In this document: positions 13,558 through 24,840 of the stretch, in pieces
Numbering within the stretch: the first letter of the stretch is position 1
Layout: every line of letters starts with the position of its first letter
DNA from: Fistulifera solaris
Taxonomy: Eukaryota
NCBI GenBank assembly: GCA_030295235.1
Contig: AP026140.1
Span: forward strand, 248,001-312,000
Direction: 5' to 3'
Length of the DNA stretch: 64,000 nucleotides
Translations under genes and position numbers: made by a program
The notes under the pieces: model-generated
What the model was told of the DNA's origin: nothing
What the model saw: only the letters and a program-made list of their open reading frames with translations
Databases searched by the model: none

Positions 13558-14117
13558 AGACACGAGACACATCCCTACCGTCTTGTCTGCTTGAATGATA
13601 AGTTACCATTATTTGTAGCGCCAGTGGTAATTTTCTCTCGTGTACCATGAATCTCGTAAGGTTTCCTGGGACATGCAACGCATCGATCGTTTGCTTTGCG
13701 TCAAAATTTCTTCCAAACGTTGATTTTTCTTAGTCGACTGTAGGCCTAAGTGTAGATTACTTTTTTTGTGTGACTGGATAGCAGTCACGAGTCATGGGAT
13801 TCGATGAGTTCAATAACTCGTTTCGTGTGTTGCCTTTTTTGTTTGCTTGACTTAAAATAGTCTAAATAATGGATTATTACTTCTTTCGTTTTCAATTGAT
13901 TGTACCAGCTACCGGAAGCTCGGTGGCGTTCGAAACTATCAGAGACTTCTTACAAAGTAGGCATCGAGCAGTGATAGCCATTACTTTACGGCAACAAAAT
14001 TGAAATTAGTGAAGAATTGGAGAACAATTTACAAGCCGTTTGGAATCATTCACAACATATAAAAAGTATATTTCATATTGAAAATATATGTGTTTATTTA
14101 TTATCCATGGCAACGCC

Positions 14118-15094
14118 TTACAAACGTCCGCCACTGCCCGCCACAAGGTTCTCCTCCTTCTTGGCTTCTACTGGCTTTCCAGTGTCGGCAACTTTTTCAT
14201 CCGCACTGTGCCACTCCATGAGTTCAGTGACATCAAACTTGGGCTTCTTTAGCACCTTGACCTTACGAATGTAGCAGTCCTTGACCGGGAAGATCGATGA
14301 GGCATCCTTGGCGATATTGTCTCCAATGGGGGCCGAGATGAGTTCCTTCACAAGAGATTTCAAGTCACCCTTTGTTCCGAGTTCCGTCATGGTGGCGGTC
14401 ATCTTGGCGCGGATGGCTCGTGCCTGAGCGGACTTGATGTAGCAAGTGTTCTTGATCTGGTTCTCCTGGGGACGAGTGAAAGCAATGCAGAACATGCGAA
14501 CGACGTATCCGTCCGTTGTTCGAACATCCACCGATCCTTCAATGATGGACTGCTTCTTTCGGATCAAACTGCAAAGCTTATCGCGCGTCATGTCCATTCC
14601 GTGGAAGTTCAGCAGACAGTTGTATCCCTGAACGTCCTCTACACACAAACGCACTTTTCTCCAAGCCAAAGCCTCATTCTTGTTCAAATCGGCCAAACTG
14701 ACTTCAACAATACGTCCTTTCAAGTAATCCGAGGCAATCTTTGTACCTTGGGTTTTTGTAATAAGAGTACGACCGCAGTCCTTGACCGCGAAAATGGAAG
14801 GAGCAACGAGCTTGTACCATTCCTTTTTCAAGAAAGGATCGACCGCCTTTTGCGGCTTCCCTTCTTGCTTTTCGTCAATCGCTTATTCTTTCCCTGTTCG
14901 ATTAAAAATGAGAATGAGAGAGTGGCATTAGACTGGTTCTACCGGAAGACAAAATGGACAATGGAGTGCAGAACGATGCAGTGGAGAGTTTTTTATTGAA
15001 CCATCCATAAGGACTACGTGGCGCTTCCATTCCTCTCACTAGCCCTGTATTTATTCTCTTCTCATACACAAGAATATTAACTTACGACTGCCAT
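14118..15094 (-). CDS. RPS3A: 40S ribosomal protein S3a (eS1)
   Basis: MAV|GKNKRL..DPFLKKEWY..KTQGTKIAS..KGRIVEVSLADL..KVKVLKKPKFD; intron ~15085-14895; 1-nt homopolymer deletion near 14850. Confidence 0.97.
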
Positions 15095-15456
15095 GGTGAT
15101 CAACTGTGTATGTAACTCGGAGGAATAGCACAACAATTGCCGAACGATGATGAAGGCGGATCAAAAACGCACGGTGCGGTCTCGTCTCGTTTTTAGTAAA
15201 CCGAAAAGTGATTCTGCGTCTGGCCTGTGTACGACATCCAGACTCATTCGGGAATAAAATATTGTTGCGTGACTGCTTCCAAACGTACGACAGACCAAAG
15301 ATCGCACCTCTCGTACTGGTTCAACTTGAGTATCTTACGTTGGGCTGACGATTGGCTGTTTGGACTGCGAGAAAAAAGATTGCAAGTCAACTTTGCAGCA
15401 GCAGCACCGGTCGCTTTCGTCCAATTTTATACCTGTGTTTACCTTTCGAAAAGACC

Positions 15457-16047
15457 ATGAAGTTCTACACTCTTCTCGCTCTTCTCGGCTCTGCCGCTGC
15501 TTTCGCTCCGGCTTCTCAAACAAAGTCATCCAACACGGTCTTGTCGGCTTGGAAGGACGATGCCGTCGTCGGAAAGACCGCCCCGGCGGGTTATTTTGAC
15601 CCCTTGGGTTTGTCAAAGAACAAGAGCGACAAAACTATGGCTTACTACCGTGAAGCAGAATTGAAAAACGGTCGTGTTGCCATGGCGGCTTGCTTGGGAT
15701 GGTACATTACCGCCGGAGGAACTCACCCGGCCTTTGGTGGTTCCCTTTCCGATGATCCTTTGAAAGCGGCCGGTGAACTGTCTTTCGTTGGATGGTTGCA
15801 ATTCATTTTTGGATGCGGTGTCATTGAATTCTTGGGTGAGAAGATCAAGGAACGTCCAGGATATGTTCCCGGAGATATTCTTGGTGCCAGCTTCTGGGTT
15901 GACAACAGCGATGAGGGATGGGTCATGTACCAAAACAAGGAGCTCAACAACGGTCGCCTTGCTATGCTTGCCTTTGTTGGTATCCTCACTCAGGATATTC
16001 TGTACGGAAACTATGGAGATATGATCTTCAAGCCTTTGGTGAAATAA
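15457..16047 (+). CDS. Fucoxanthin-chlorophyll a/c light-harvesting protein (LHC/FCP)
   Basis: AAA-FAP presequence; FDPLGLS, REAELKNGRVAMAA, NKELNNGRLAMLA. Confidence 0.95.
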   Translation: MKFYTLLALLGSAAAFAPASQTKSSNTVLSAWKDDAVVGKTAPAGYFDPLGLSKNKSDKTMAYYREAELKNGRVAMAACLGWYITAGGTHPAFGGSLSDDPLKAAGELSFVGWLQFIFGCGVIEFLGEKIKERPGYVPGDILGASFWVDNSDEGWVMYQNKELNNGRLAMLAFVGILTQDILYGNYGDMIFKPLVK

Positions 16048-16251
16048 ACTGATATTTACGTATGTGATCCTGTCGTGATGGTAAATTGATTTTGTTTACT
16101 AGAAGGATAATACACCCGCTCAGCCTGCTCGCTGGAGCTAGGACCCTAAATGCAAGCTGCGTTTTGTAATACGCTAGAATCTAGATGAAACAATTCTCGC
16201 ACTTCGTAAACCGTGAGAGTCGGATCGACTTCCAGCAGAACCGCCTTCCGA

Positions 16252-16962
16252 TCATTGTATCTCAGCCGTTCCGCGTGTAGCATCTTGTAGTTCCTCCCGC
16301 AGTCGCACTTCATTTTCTTTTTCGCATGTAATGTCGATCGACAAAGTCCCATCCACTCCATACTCGTCATTCGATGTTTGTCCTCCGCATTTGGCTGCCA
16401 ATTCGTAGACAATTCCGACGAAGCTGGCTGGCACTTTGACATGCACTGTGATCTTGGGCGTGAGGACTAGGACGGGCGCTTCCCGCAACGTTTGACGCGC
16501 CGTTGCTCCGTACGCTCGAATCAATCCACCGGCACCGAGTTTGACACCACCAAAGTAGCGCACGACGATACAGATCGTATCCGACAAAAATTCTCCCTGA
16601 ATGGCACCCAGAATCGGTAGTCCGGCCGTGCCTGTCGGCTCGCCGTCATCCGAACATCGTTCCGTCACAGGATCAGTACCTCCACGATATCCATAACACC
16701 AATGGCGTGCTTTGGGGTGTACTTTTTTGATGTGCTCTAAATAGTTTTGTGCTTCTGCCCACGAGTCGACGTGACTCGCGTACGCCAGAAACCGACTTTT
16801 CTTCATTTCGTATTCAGTCAGGTGTGATCCTGGTGCCAGTGTTCGTATTTCTTCCGTCTTGGACAGGAAGAACCGCCGTTGTCGTCGTGCGAGGCTGCTA
16901 TAATTTGTTGGACGACTTGTCGAGAAGGCGACAAGGATTGTCATTCGGGTGCTCCAGCACAA
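16252..16962 (-). CDS. IMPACT/YigZ family protein
   Basis: KKSRFLA, HPKARHWCYGY, SDDGEPTGTAGLPIL, VVRYFGGVKLGAGGLIRAY. Confidence 0.92.
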   Translation of the reverse strand: MCWSTRMTILVAFSTSRPTNYSSLARRQRRFFLSKTEEIRTLAPGSHLTEYEMKKSRFLAYASHVDSWAEAQNYLEHIKKVHPKARHWCYGYRGGTDPVTERCSDDGEPTGTAGLPILGAIQGEFLSDTICIVVRYFGGVKLGAGGLIRAYGATARQTLREAPVLVLTPKITVHVKVPASFVGIVYELAAKCGGQTSNDEYGVDGTLSIDITCEKENEVRLREELQDATRGTAEIQ

Positions 16963-17039
16963 AAATCCCCCAAAGAGAGACGCCAGCGAATAAACGATTG
17001 TTATAAACGCGATAAATCATACTATTCTGGTCATTGGGT

Positions 17040-17720
17040 TCATGTAAGTTTTAGTATCGCGTCAGTCAAGTCAATAACATCAGATTTTTATGTTGTTCAA
17101 ATAATTTTGTTGTTGTCGTTCCAGAAATTCTGGGATGAGTTTGTGGACGTTCGAGAAAATCTGGAAACGATGTTTTTGGTTCATACAGAACATCTGTGTA
17201 AGTCTACCAGGTAACCTCCAGAAAATCTGGATTTCGGATTTTGGGTCAAACAAAAATTCGGTGTGAAGTCCAGAAAATCTGGAACATTCGCGTTTGCATA
17301 CAAACAGCAATTCTGTCTGTCTATGGTCCAGAAGTTCTGGACCATCGATGTTCGAGATCATACCAAACTTCTCAAGAAACTTTGGACCTCTTTGTTATAG
17401 ATCTTATTGAACTTCCGTGCTCTTTCAAGCAAATATCTGGAAACGACCTTTTCAATGAACATCGGTTCCGAGTTAAGTCCAGAAATTTTGGACCATCAAC
17501 GTTTGCTATAATACAGAAATTCTGTGATGGTCCAGAAACCCTGGACCAGGTGTTTCATCTAATAGATATTATGTGGGCGTTCAAAAAAACTTTTCACCTC
17601 GTTGGTATAGATAGAAACGGTGTTTTTCAACAAGCATCGTTTCCGAGTAAGTTCGTGGAATTCGGGAAACCGCGATCTACTGTAAACATACAAAAATTCG
17701 GTTGACATTCAGAAATTTTG
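17040..17720. repeat. Degenerate array of CCAGAAA(A/T)TCTGG-core repeats, same family as 27244-28070
   Basis: Repeated tccagaaattctgg / ccagaaaatctgg / catacaga(a) motifs with diverged spacing. Confidence 0.7.
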
Positions 17721-17725
17721 TGTAA

Positions 17726-19423
17726 ATAAATTTCCTACGGTGGCTACGTAGAGTACGCGTAGACGCAGGAAGCGTTGAATCTTTCGACTAATTCTTGTAT
17801 CACTGTCATCTTGGAGTTGATTATTGTTTAACGTCACGCATTAGTAGTATGTAGTATTGGGCAAATTATGGTTGATATGGGTGTCCGAGAACTGCGGAAA
17901 ATGATGTGATCAAAATTACAAAATATCCGGTTTCCCCTCTGTCGATAAATTTCCCTACGACAGCTACGTGAAATTGCGTAGACATTCGAAGCGTTGCGTT
18001 GTTCGTTCCGTCATCCTTTTGTTTTTCAATTCACTTCGGTGGCGAATATTACTTACCGCTACGACGCCCATTCGGTGCGCAAGATAACGTTGACGTTTGT
18101 GCACACTTTAAATCCAAAAATTGGATGATGGTGAAAATGCGATCTCCGGGTACCCCTGCAGAGATAAATTTCCTACGGAGGCTACGTAGAGTACGCGTAG
18201 ACACAGGAAGCGTTGAATCTTTCGACTAATTCTTGTATCACTGTCATCTTGGAGTTGATTATTGTTTAACGTCACGCATTAGCGTTGTTGGGCAAATTAT
18301 GGTTGATATGGGTGCCCGAGAACTGCGGAAAATGATGTGATCGAAATTACACAGTGTCCGGTTTCCCCTCTGTCGATAAATTTCCCTACGAGAGCTACGT
18401 GAAATTGCGTAGACATTCGAAGCGTTGCGTTGTTCGTTCCGTCAACCTTTTGTTTTTCAATTCACTTCGGTGGCGAATATTACTTACCGCTACGACGCCC
18501 ATTCGGTGCGCAAGATAACGTTGACGTTTGTGCACACTTTAAATCCAAAAATTGGATGATGGTGAAAAATGCGATCTCCGGGTACCCCTGCAGAGATAAA
18601 TTTCCTACGGAGGCTACGTAGAGTACGCGTAGACACAGGAAGCGTTGAATCTTTCGACTAATTCTTGTATCACTGTCATCTTGGAGTTGATTATTGTTTA
18701 ACGTCACGCATTAGCGTTGTTGGGCAAATTATGGTTGATATGGGTGCCCGAGAACTGCGGAAAATGATGTGATCGAAATTACACAGTGTCCGGTTTCCCC
18801 TCTGTCGATAAATTTCCTACGAGAGCTACGTGAAATTGCGTAGACATTCGAAGCGTTGCGTTGTTCGTTCCGTCAACCTTTTGTTTTTCAATTCACTTCG
18901 GTGGCGAATATTACTTACCGCTACGACGCCCATTCGGTGCGCAAGATAACGTTGACGTTTGTGCACACTTTAAATCCAAAAATTGGATGATGGTGAAAAA
19001 TGCGATCTCCGGGTACCCCTGCAGAGATAAATTTCCTACGGAGGCTACGTAGAGTACGCGTAGACGCAGGAAGCGTTGAATCTTTCGACTAATTCTTGTA
19101 TCACTGTCATCTTGGAGTTGATTATTGTTTAACGTCACGCATTAGCATTGTTGGGCAAATTATGGTTGATATGGGTGTCCGAGAACTGCGGAAAATGATG
19201 TGATCGAAATTACACAATGTCCGGTTTCCCCTCTGTCGATAAATTTCCCTACGAGAGCTACGTGAAATTGCGTAGACATTCGAAGCGTTGCATTGTTCGT
19301 TCCGGAAAGGACGTTAAAATTCTGCCTTTCAGTTCAAGTTTCTTCGTAGAGCCTAGAGCCTACGGCGAAGCAGAATTTTAACGTCGTTTCCCCGTCAACC
19401 TGTTGTTTTCACTTCGGTGGCGA
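17726..19423. repeat. Tandem array of ~431-bp units, about 3.7 copies
   Basis: The anchor ataaatttcctacgg recurs at 17726, 18164, 18596 and 19027; copies are near-identical, giving repeated ORFs at 17999/18430/18861. Confidence 0.95.
19304..19391. mobile_element. 88-bp miniature inverted-repeat element inserted in the last satellite copy
   Basis: 22-bp terminal inverted repeats (ggaaaggacgttaaaattctgc / gcagaattttaacgtcgtttcc, 1 mismatch); flanked by CC on both sides, whereas the empty sites in the other copies have a single CC. Confidence 0.75.
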
Positions 19424-19717
19424 TTTCTGTGCCATGGTTGTCATCATTCGGGACTGCGCGCGCCTGTTTAACAACCTGTGTTGTAGAATACGTCGGTGTT
19501 CAATCCCACGAAACGCACTACTGATTATTACTACCAGAGGGTGCTTGTCGGAAGTCTCTCCGTGACAGAATATGTACACTTAAAGCTTATATGACATGAT
19601 TTTTACCGATAACGTTGAACTCCTACAGAACTGTATCAACAAACATCCGGTTTTTAATCACGTTTTATCTCCTAAATATAAATTTGGTTCATTCCTATGT
19701 AATTATCCTTTTTTGGC

Positions 19718-20845
19718 GTAGAGAGAAATTTCTCACTGTAGAGAGAAATTTCTCACTATAGAGAGAAATTGCTCTCTCAAAGTGCATTTTCTCCCTATAG
19801 AGAGAATTTGCTCTCTATAAAGAGAAATATCTCTCTAGCTCGATTGAGTAAGTAACGAAACTCAACAGCAATAACACGCTTTTCAATTAAGGTTTTTGCG
19901 TTTCAACGGAATCCGACGCAAACTCTCATCGCTCATCGCTCATCGCGTTCACATAATTCACAACACTCGCAAATCTCACTCGTTCAATCTTTTATTTAGA
20001 AAAAGGCCCATTTAGACTATCCAAACAAGATAATCTTGAAAAATATCTATTGGGAATTCATAGGCAAATGCTGGTTCATGAAATCAGTGCGAAATGTAGA
20101 TTGGGTTCTTTGACGGGCTCTCACACCGACGGCTCGTGGATGCGACCGTGAGTTTTCTATCGACCCAGCATCCAAAGCCAACAGGATAGACCTCTTGTTG
20201 GTCCTTTCCTTTCTTCTTTGCAGCAGCGTAACGTTCTTTCTCCCACTCCTTCGGTCAAAGAATCTTCTGGCTCTAAAGCTGCAATTTTTTCGAGTAAGAA
20301 TCAAGTATTGCTGCTGATAAACGAAGCAGCCCCGGACCGCGTAAATTTGCCAGACTTCAGTCAGCATGGAAACAACATGCTTTGTTCAAGATGAGCCTCG
20401 GATCAAAAGTGCGCTTGTCACAATAAAACAATGGTGGTGGTGAAATTGGCTCGTCGTAACCAGCACATGAAGCCAAGAATGGCACTCGGCCTGCAAACGC
20501 GCCATCCTTCTTTCCAGAGCTAAGCCCCAACAATCCTGTTGAAGGAGGTTGATTGATAATAAGTAATTAGAAGTGTTTGTGTAACTCCGAAGCCTTGTTG
20601 TTGTGTTGCGGTCGATTCGCGGTCGCTGATGAGAATTTTCGGTGATGCTTCATTTTTGGAAAAATCATAACCTTAATTGAAACCACAAGTAAGACACGGT
20701 TAAAATTTTGAAAGAGAGATTTTTCTCACTATAGAGAGAAATTTCTCACTATAGAGAGATTTTTCTCTCTAAAGAGAGCAAATTCTCTATAGAGAGAAAA
20801 TGCTCTCTTGAGGGAGCATTTTCTCTCTATAGAGAAATTTTTCTG
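19718..20845. mobile_element. Putative non-autonomous DNA transposon with long, internally repetitive inverted termini
   Basis: Arrays of ~20-bp tatagagagaaatttctcac-like units at 19718-19840 and 20710-20845 match in inverted orientation; an inner inverted match tttcaattaaggtt (~19880 vs ~20670) extends the similarity. Confidence 0.6.
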
Positions 20846-21212
20846 TGGCTAATAAAGTACCAACACGTTTTAAGGGCTAAGTAATTTAACCGTTTCGAAC
20901 GCTCAAAGTAAACATTTATCGCCGATAGCTATTTTTACTGTTACAATAAATTATATCAATACGACATGAATGCCCTCTATTCTGAAACCGGTCGGACGTA
21001 GCAGTTTCCGCCAAGCTCCCAGGTATATGCTTTGATTGTGTCACTTTTCTCGGAGCAACGAAAACATCGCCAAAAACGAAAACACGACGAAACATCTCGA
21101 TGCTTATTTCTTATTTCTCGCTATTTGTCTGCATTGTTTGTTTCTTGTCTATCCTTCAATCACAACGTCTAACTTATAAACACGGCGACAACCTTTAGCA
21201 CCCGCTTCTACA

Positions 21213-23326
21213 ATGAATGACGAAGGGGAAGGATCACCTTCGCCCGAGACGACGACGCCACGCAACACACCCCGCGATGTATCGTCTTCACCAAAAGAAC
21301 AAGCCACTGTCGACGACTTTCTGTACGGTATCTCATCGTTTGATGCCATCGTAAAGCCTGTCTTTGTCACAATGATCTTGGCAGCTCTTTCCTCTGTGTA
21401 CATCAGTACCCCCGAGTCGAGACAAGAAGGCGAAGAATCGCTTTCGAATTCCTACACCGTCTTACAAGGCTCCGAAGATGATACGGACGGCCAAAAGCTG
21501 GGACAGAGTCTCGTTAACGGTCTCGTCATTGTGCTGGTCATTACTGTCATGACCTTTGTGATTGTACTGTTGTACAAATATAGATGCATGAAACTATTGA
21601 TCGGATACATGATTGTCGCCATGACGAGTTTACTCGGTTTCGTCAGCTCGCAAATGTTCACCATTGCCATTGAACGCTACTCGCTGAAAATTGATCGCGT
21701 CTCGTACGCCATCACCATTTATAACTTTGCCTTGGTCGGAACAATATCGCTCTTTTTTGGTCGAGGTATACCGGCTTACATTTCACAATGCTACTTGATT
21801 GCCATTTCGGTCATTGTTGCTTGGCAATTGTCCCATTTCGATCCGTGGACTGGTAAGTTCATGCCGATTCGATTATGAAACGTCTTGTGTACGCACTCAC
21901 TCCTTGTTTCTCTTGTTGGGAATAGCCTGGGTACTACTAGTTTTGTTAGCATTGTACGATCTGTTTGCTGTTTTGTCTCCCTGTGGACCATTGAAAGCAC
22001 TAGTGAACTTGATGAGTCAGTCCGATGCGCCGCATTTACCTGGTCTACTGTATGAAGCGAATCTGAACGTGGGACAACAGCAGCAGCAGCAAACGCAAGC
22101 GCAAGCGCAAACGCAACAACCCGCTCCAGTATCCGATCATATTGCGCAGTCGACGTCAACCAGAAATGAAAGTAATACGACAACAGATGACAAAGTTCAA
22201 TATCCAATAAGTCCCATTCAGAATATGTCAAACACACGGATTTTAAACTTTGCAAGTACTACGATGACGAATGTTTCGTTTTCGAAGGAAGATGTCTCCG
22301 AGGAAAAGAAGTCAGAGGATATGGTGGAGGATGGCAATGTCGAACGCGGGAAAGTTTTGTGTGGAACGATCCCTTTGGGATTGGCAATCCGCTGCCAAGT
22401 GCCACTTGCGAATGGACAAGTGAACACAGCGGATGCGTTCAGCGCTGAGGAATTGCAAAAACCCATAGAGGTGATTTTTTCCGAGAATGGACCTTTCATA
22501 ACCCTCCACGATCGACAGTCCGATGGGGAACCACTTCGATACAATGTACTCGATTCCGACAACAATCTGCTGAAAGTTGTGTTTGTTGATGACCAAGGAC
22601 GCGTCATGGAAGATCAACGCCATTTGCGACAAACTGGGACGATCCCATTGGCAATTGCGAAACTGAATAAGCTTCGTTTCGTACAGGGACCTCAACCTAG
22701 CTGGATCCGAAGAGCCGAACATCCGACGGAAGACAATATCCTTGACGATACCTGGACGCCGGAGGAACTACAACGTGACGTTGAGGTATTCTTCCCCAAA
22801 GGATGGCAAATCGTACGACACGTGGAGCAGCGAAACAATGAGGCCACTCGGTATGCCGTAATAAAACCGGATGGGAGTATTAAGCGAATTTTGTATGTAA
22901 ACAGCGAAGGGAACGTATTTGAGGATCGAAGAGATAAGAATAAAAAAGACGACAGTGATCAGAAAGAAGGGAGAGGCTCGATTCGATTGGGACTGGGTGA
23001 CTTCATTTTTTATTCAATCCTGGTTTCAAAAGCAGCGCTCTACAGCTTTACAACCTTTGCGGCTTGCGTACCAGCTATTCTCATTGGATTGGCGCTCACA
23101 CTAGGCATCTTGGCTTATTACGGGAAAGCCTTACCAGCCTTACCGATCTCGATTTTCCTCGGTGTTACCTTTTACTTCATAACACGGTACTCCGTGCAAC
23201 CCTGGTAAGTTCCTTGCAGATGTTGATCATGTCGTGTCATCCAGTTTTATAGTATCTCATATTGCTGGCTTTTATCCGCATGTCCATAGGGTCGAAGATG
23301 TCTTCATTCAGACCTTGTACGTCTGA
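21213..23326 (+). CDS. Presenilin (gamma-secretase catalytic subunit)
   Basis: LYKYRC, catalytic YD ([10 protein letters not shown]), [16 protein letters not shown]; introns ~21853-21924 and 23204-23289; C-terminus ..QTLYV*. Confidence 0.93.
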
Positions 23327-23803
23327 CAGCATCCGTAGTTGCTCACATTTTAGAATCCCTAGATTAAAAATAGAGTGCCCCGAGATACCTCAACTCTCTA
23401 AAATATGTTGGAGCTGAGAAACGCGACGGAAAATGTCGTGACGCGTTGCTAACAGGTGGGCTGATAGAAATGCTTTGGGGGCAAAAAATGTAACTTAGTG
23501 AAAGCCTAAAAGCAACTTCGCTTAAGCTACAACCCAATCAATGGTATAACAATCAGGAGTAGGCAAGTAAGCCGTGCAAAAATAGCCTATTTAGGTTCTG
23601 GCTTGGTCGCTAGGTAACACTTTTCATTGTAGCTCATGACTGAAATTTAGTCGTGGAAATTGTCGTCTACACTTTGGACCATAGTTTATTTGCAGTGCGA
23701 CGCGAGGCCGCAGACGACGTTGATGGTCTGATGATGATTTTATCTGAATGTATTCACAAGGTATTCACAACAATGCCATGTTGGTATGAACAATGTTCTT
23801 ATC

Positions 23804-24751
23804 ATGTCAGAAGGGTATGCGTCTCGATTAAAAGAGTATCCCAACAAGGGAAAGTGCGGGCTCCCGGAAATGCTCGATACCCGTCGGAGCTTAACGCAAA
23901 GGTGAAAAAACTCGCCCAACTCATCGAAGCATCGAAGCGCGTCGTCGTCTTAACTGGAGCCGGAATTAGCACCAGCTGTGGTATTCCTGATTTCCGTGGT
24001 CCCAATGGAATATGGACTATCGAACAGAAAGAACAGAATGCGGCGAAGAGAAGAAAAAATTACAAACGGCAAATTCTCTTCCGCTTCATCATCGTCAACG
24101 AAGAATGAATCGATGAAACGACCGAGGCAGCCAGTGCTGATGGACTTTTCTCAGGCGAAGCCGTCTCGTACACACAAAATCATCACAAAACTAATAAGCA
24201 CGGGTCATATCCACTTTTGCATCACACAAAATGTCGATGGATTGCATCGAAGATCTGGTTTGAGCAGACGAAAGCACGCCGTGTTGCACGGATGTGTCTT
24301 TACAGAAAAGTGCGAAGATTGTGGAGCCGAGCATTTTCGTGACAGCGATGTCGGTGGGATGAGTTTTCAAAAGACAGGAAGACAGTGCGATAACTGTGGG
24401 GGCGGTTTACGAGATACGCTTCTGGATTGGGAGGATCCGCTTCCGGAGGATGACTTTGCGAGGGCGACGGAAGAATGTGAAGCCGCTGATCTTGTGATAT
24501 GTTTGGGAACATCATTGCGGATTGAACCCGCTGGAAGTCTTCCTACGTATGCGAAGAAGTTTGTGATTATAAATATGCAAGAAACCCCGTACGATTCTCA
24601 GGCAGAATTAGTCATTCGAGGGCGCGTGGATGTTGTCATGCAAGAAGTCATGGAGTTGCTAGGTTTAGGAAATTGGGAAGAGTTTGATGTACCACCACCG
24701 ATTGAGCGAATCTTTCTTCTTACAAATGGTGATTCCAAGAGTCCTGAATGA
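23804..24751 (+). CDS. NAD-dependent deacylase, class IV sirtuin (SIRT6/SRT1-like)
   Basis: MSEGYASRLKEYPNKGKCGLPE, TGAGISTSCGIPDFRGPNGIWT, TQNVDGLH, LHG, two CxxC pairs, LDWED, GTSLRIEPA; two frameshifts (~23880, ~24050). Confidence 0.92.
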
Positions 24752-24840
24752 CACTGAGAAGTTATGGACGATTTTATTCTTCTTTCGATGGCCTCAAACA
24801 ATTTAAAATCTGTCGACTAGAATAAATAATCGACCCTTAT

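Noticed and set aside
14895..15085. Intronic snoRNA in the longer RPS3A intron
   Set aside because: No clear C/D box pair or H/ACA layout on the sense strand, only loose purine/pyrimidine complementarity.
17999..19138. Repeated small ORFs (MFVPS.., MTLNNN..)
   Set aside because: By-products of the 431-bp tandem repeat; the frames differ between copies and have no recognisable motifs.
17726..19423. 5S rDNA, snRNA or tRNA tandem array
   Set aside because: I could not recognise 5S, U-snRNA or tRNA sequence or structure in the unit; an Rfam search would be decisive.
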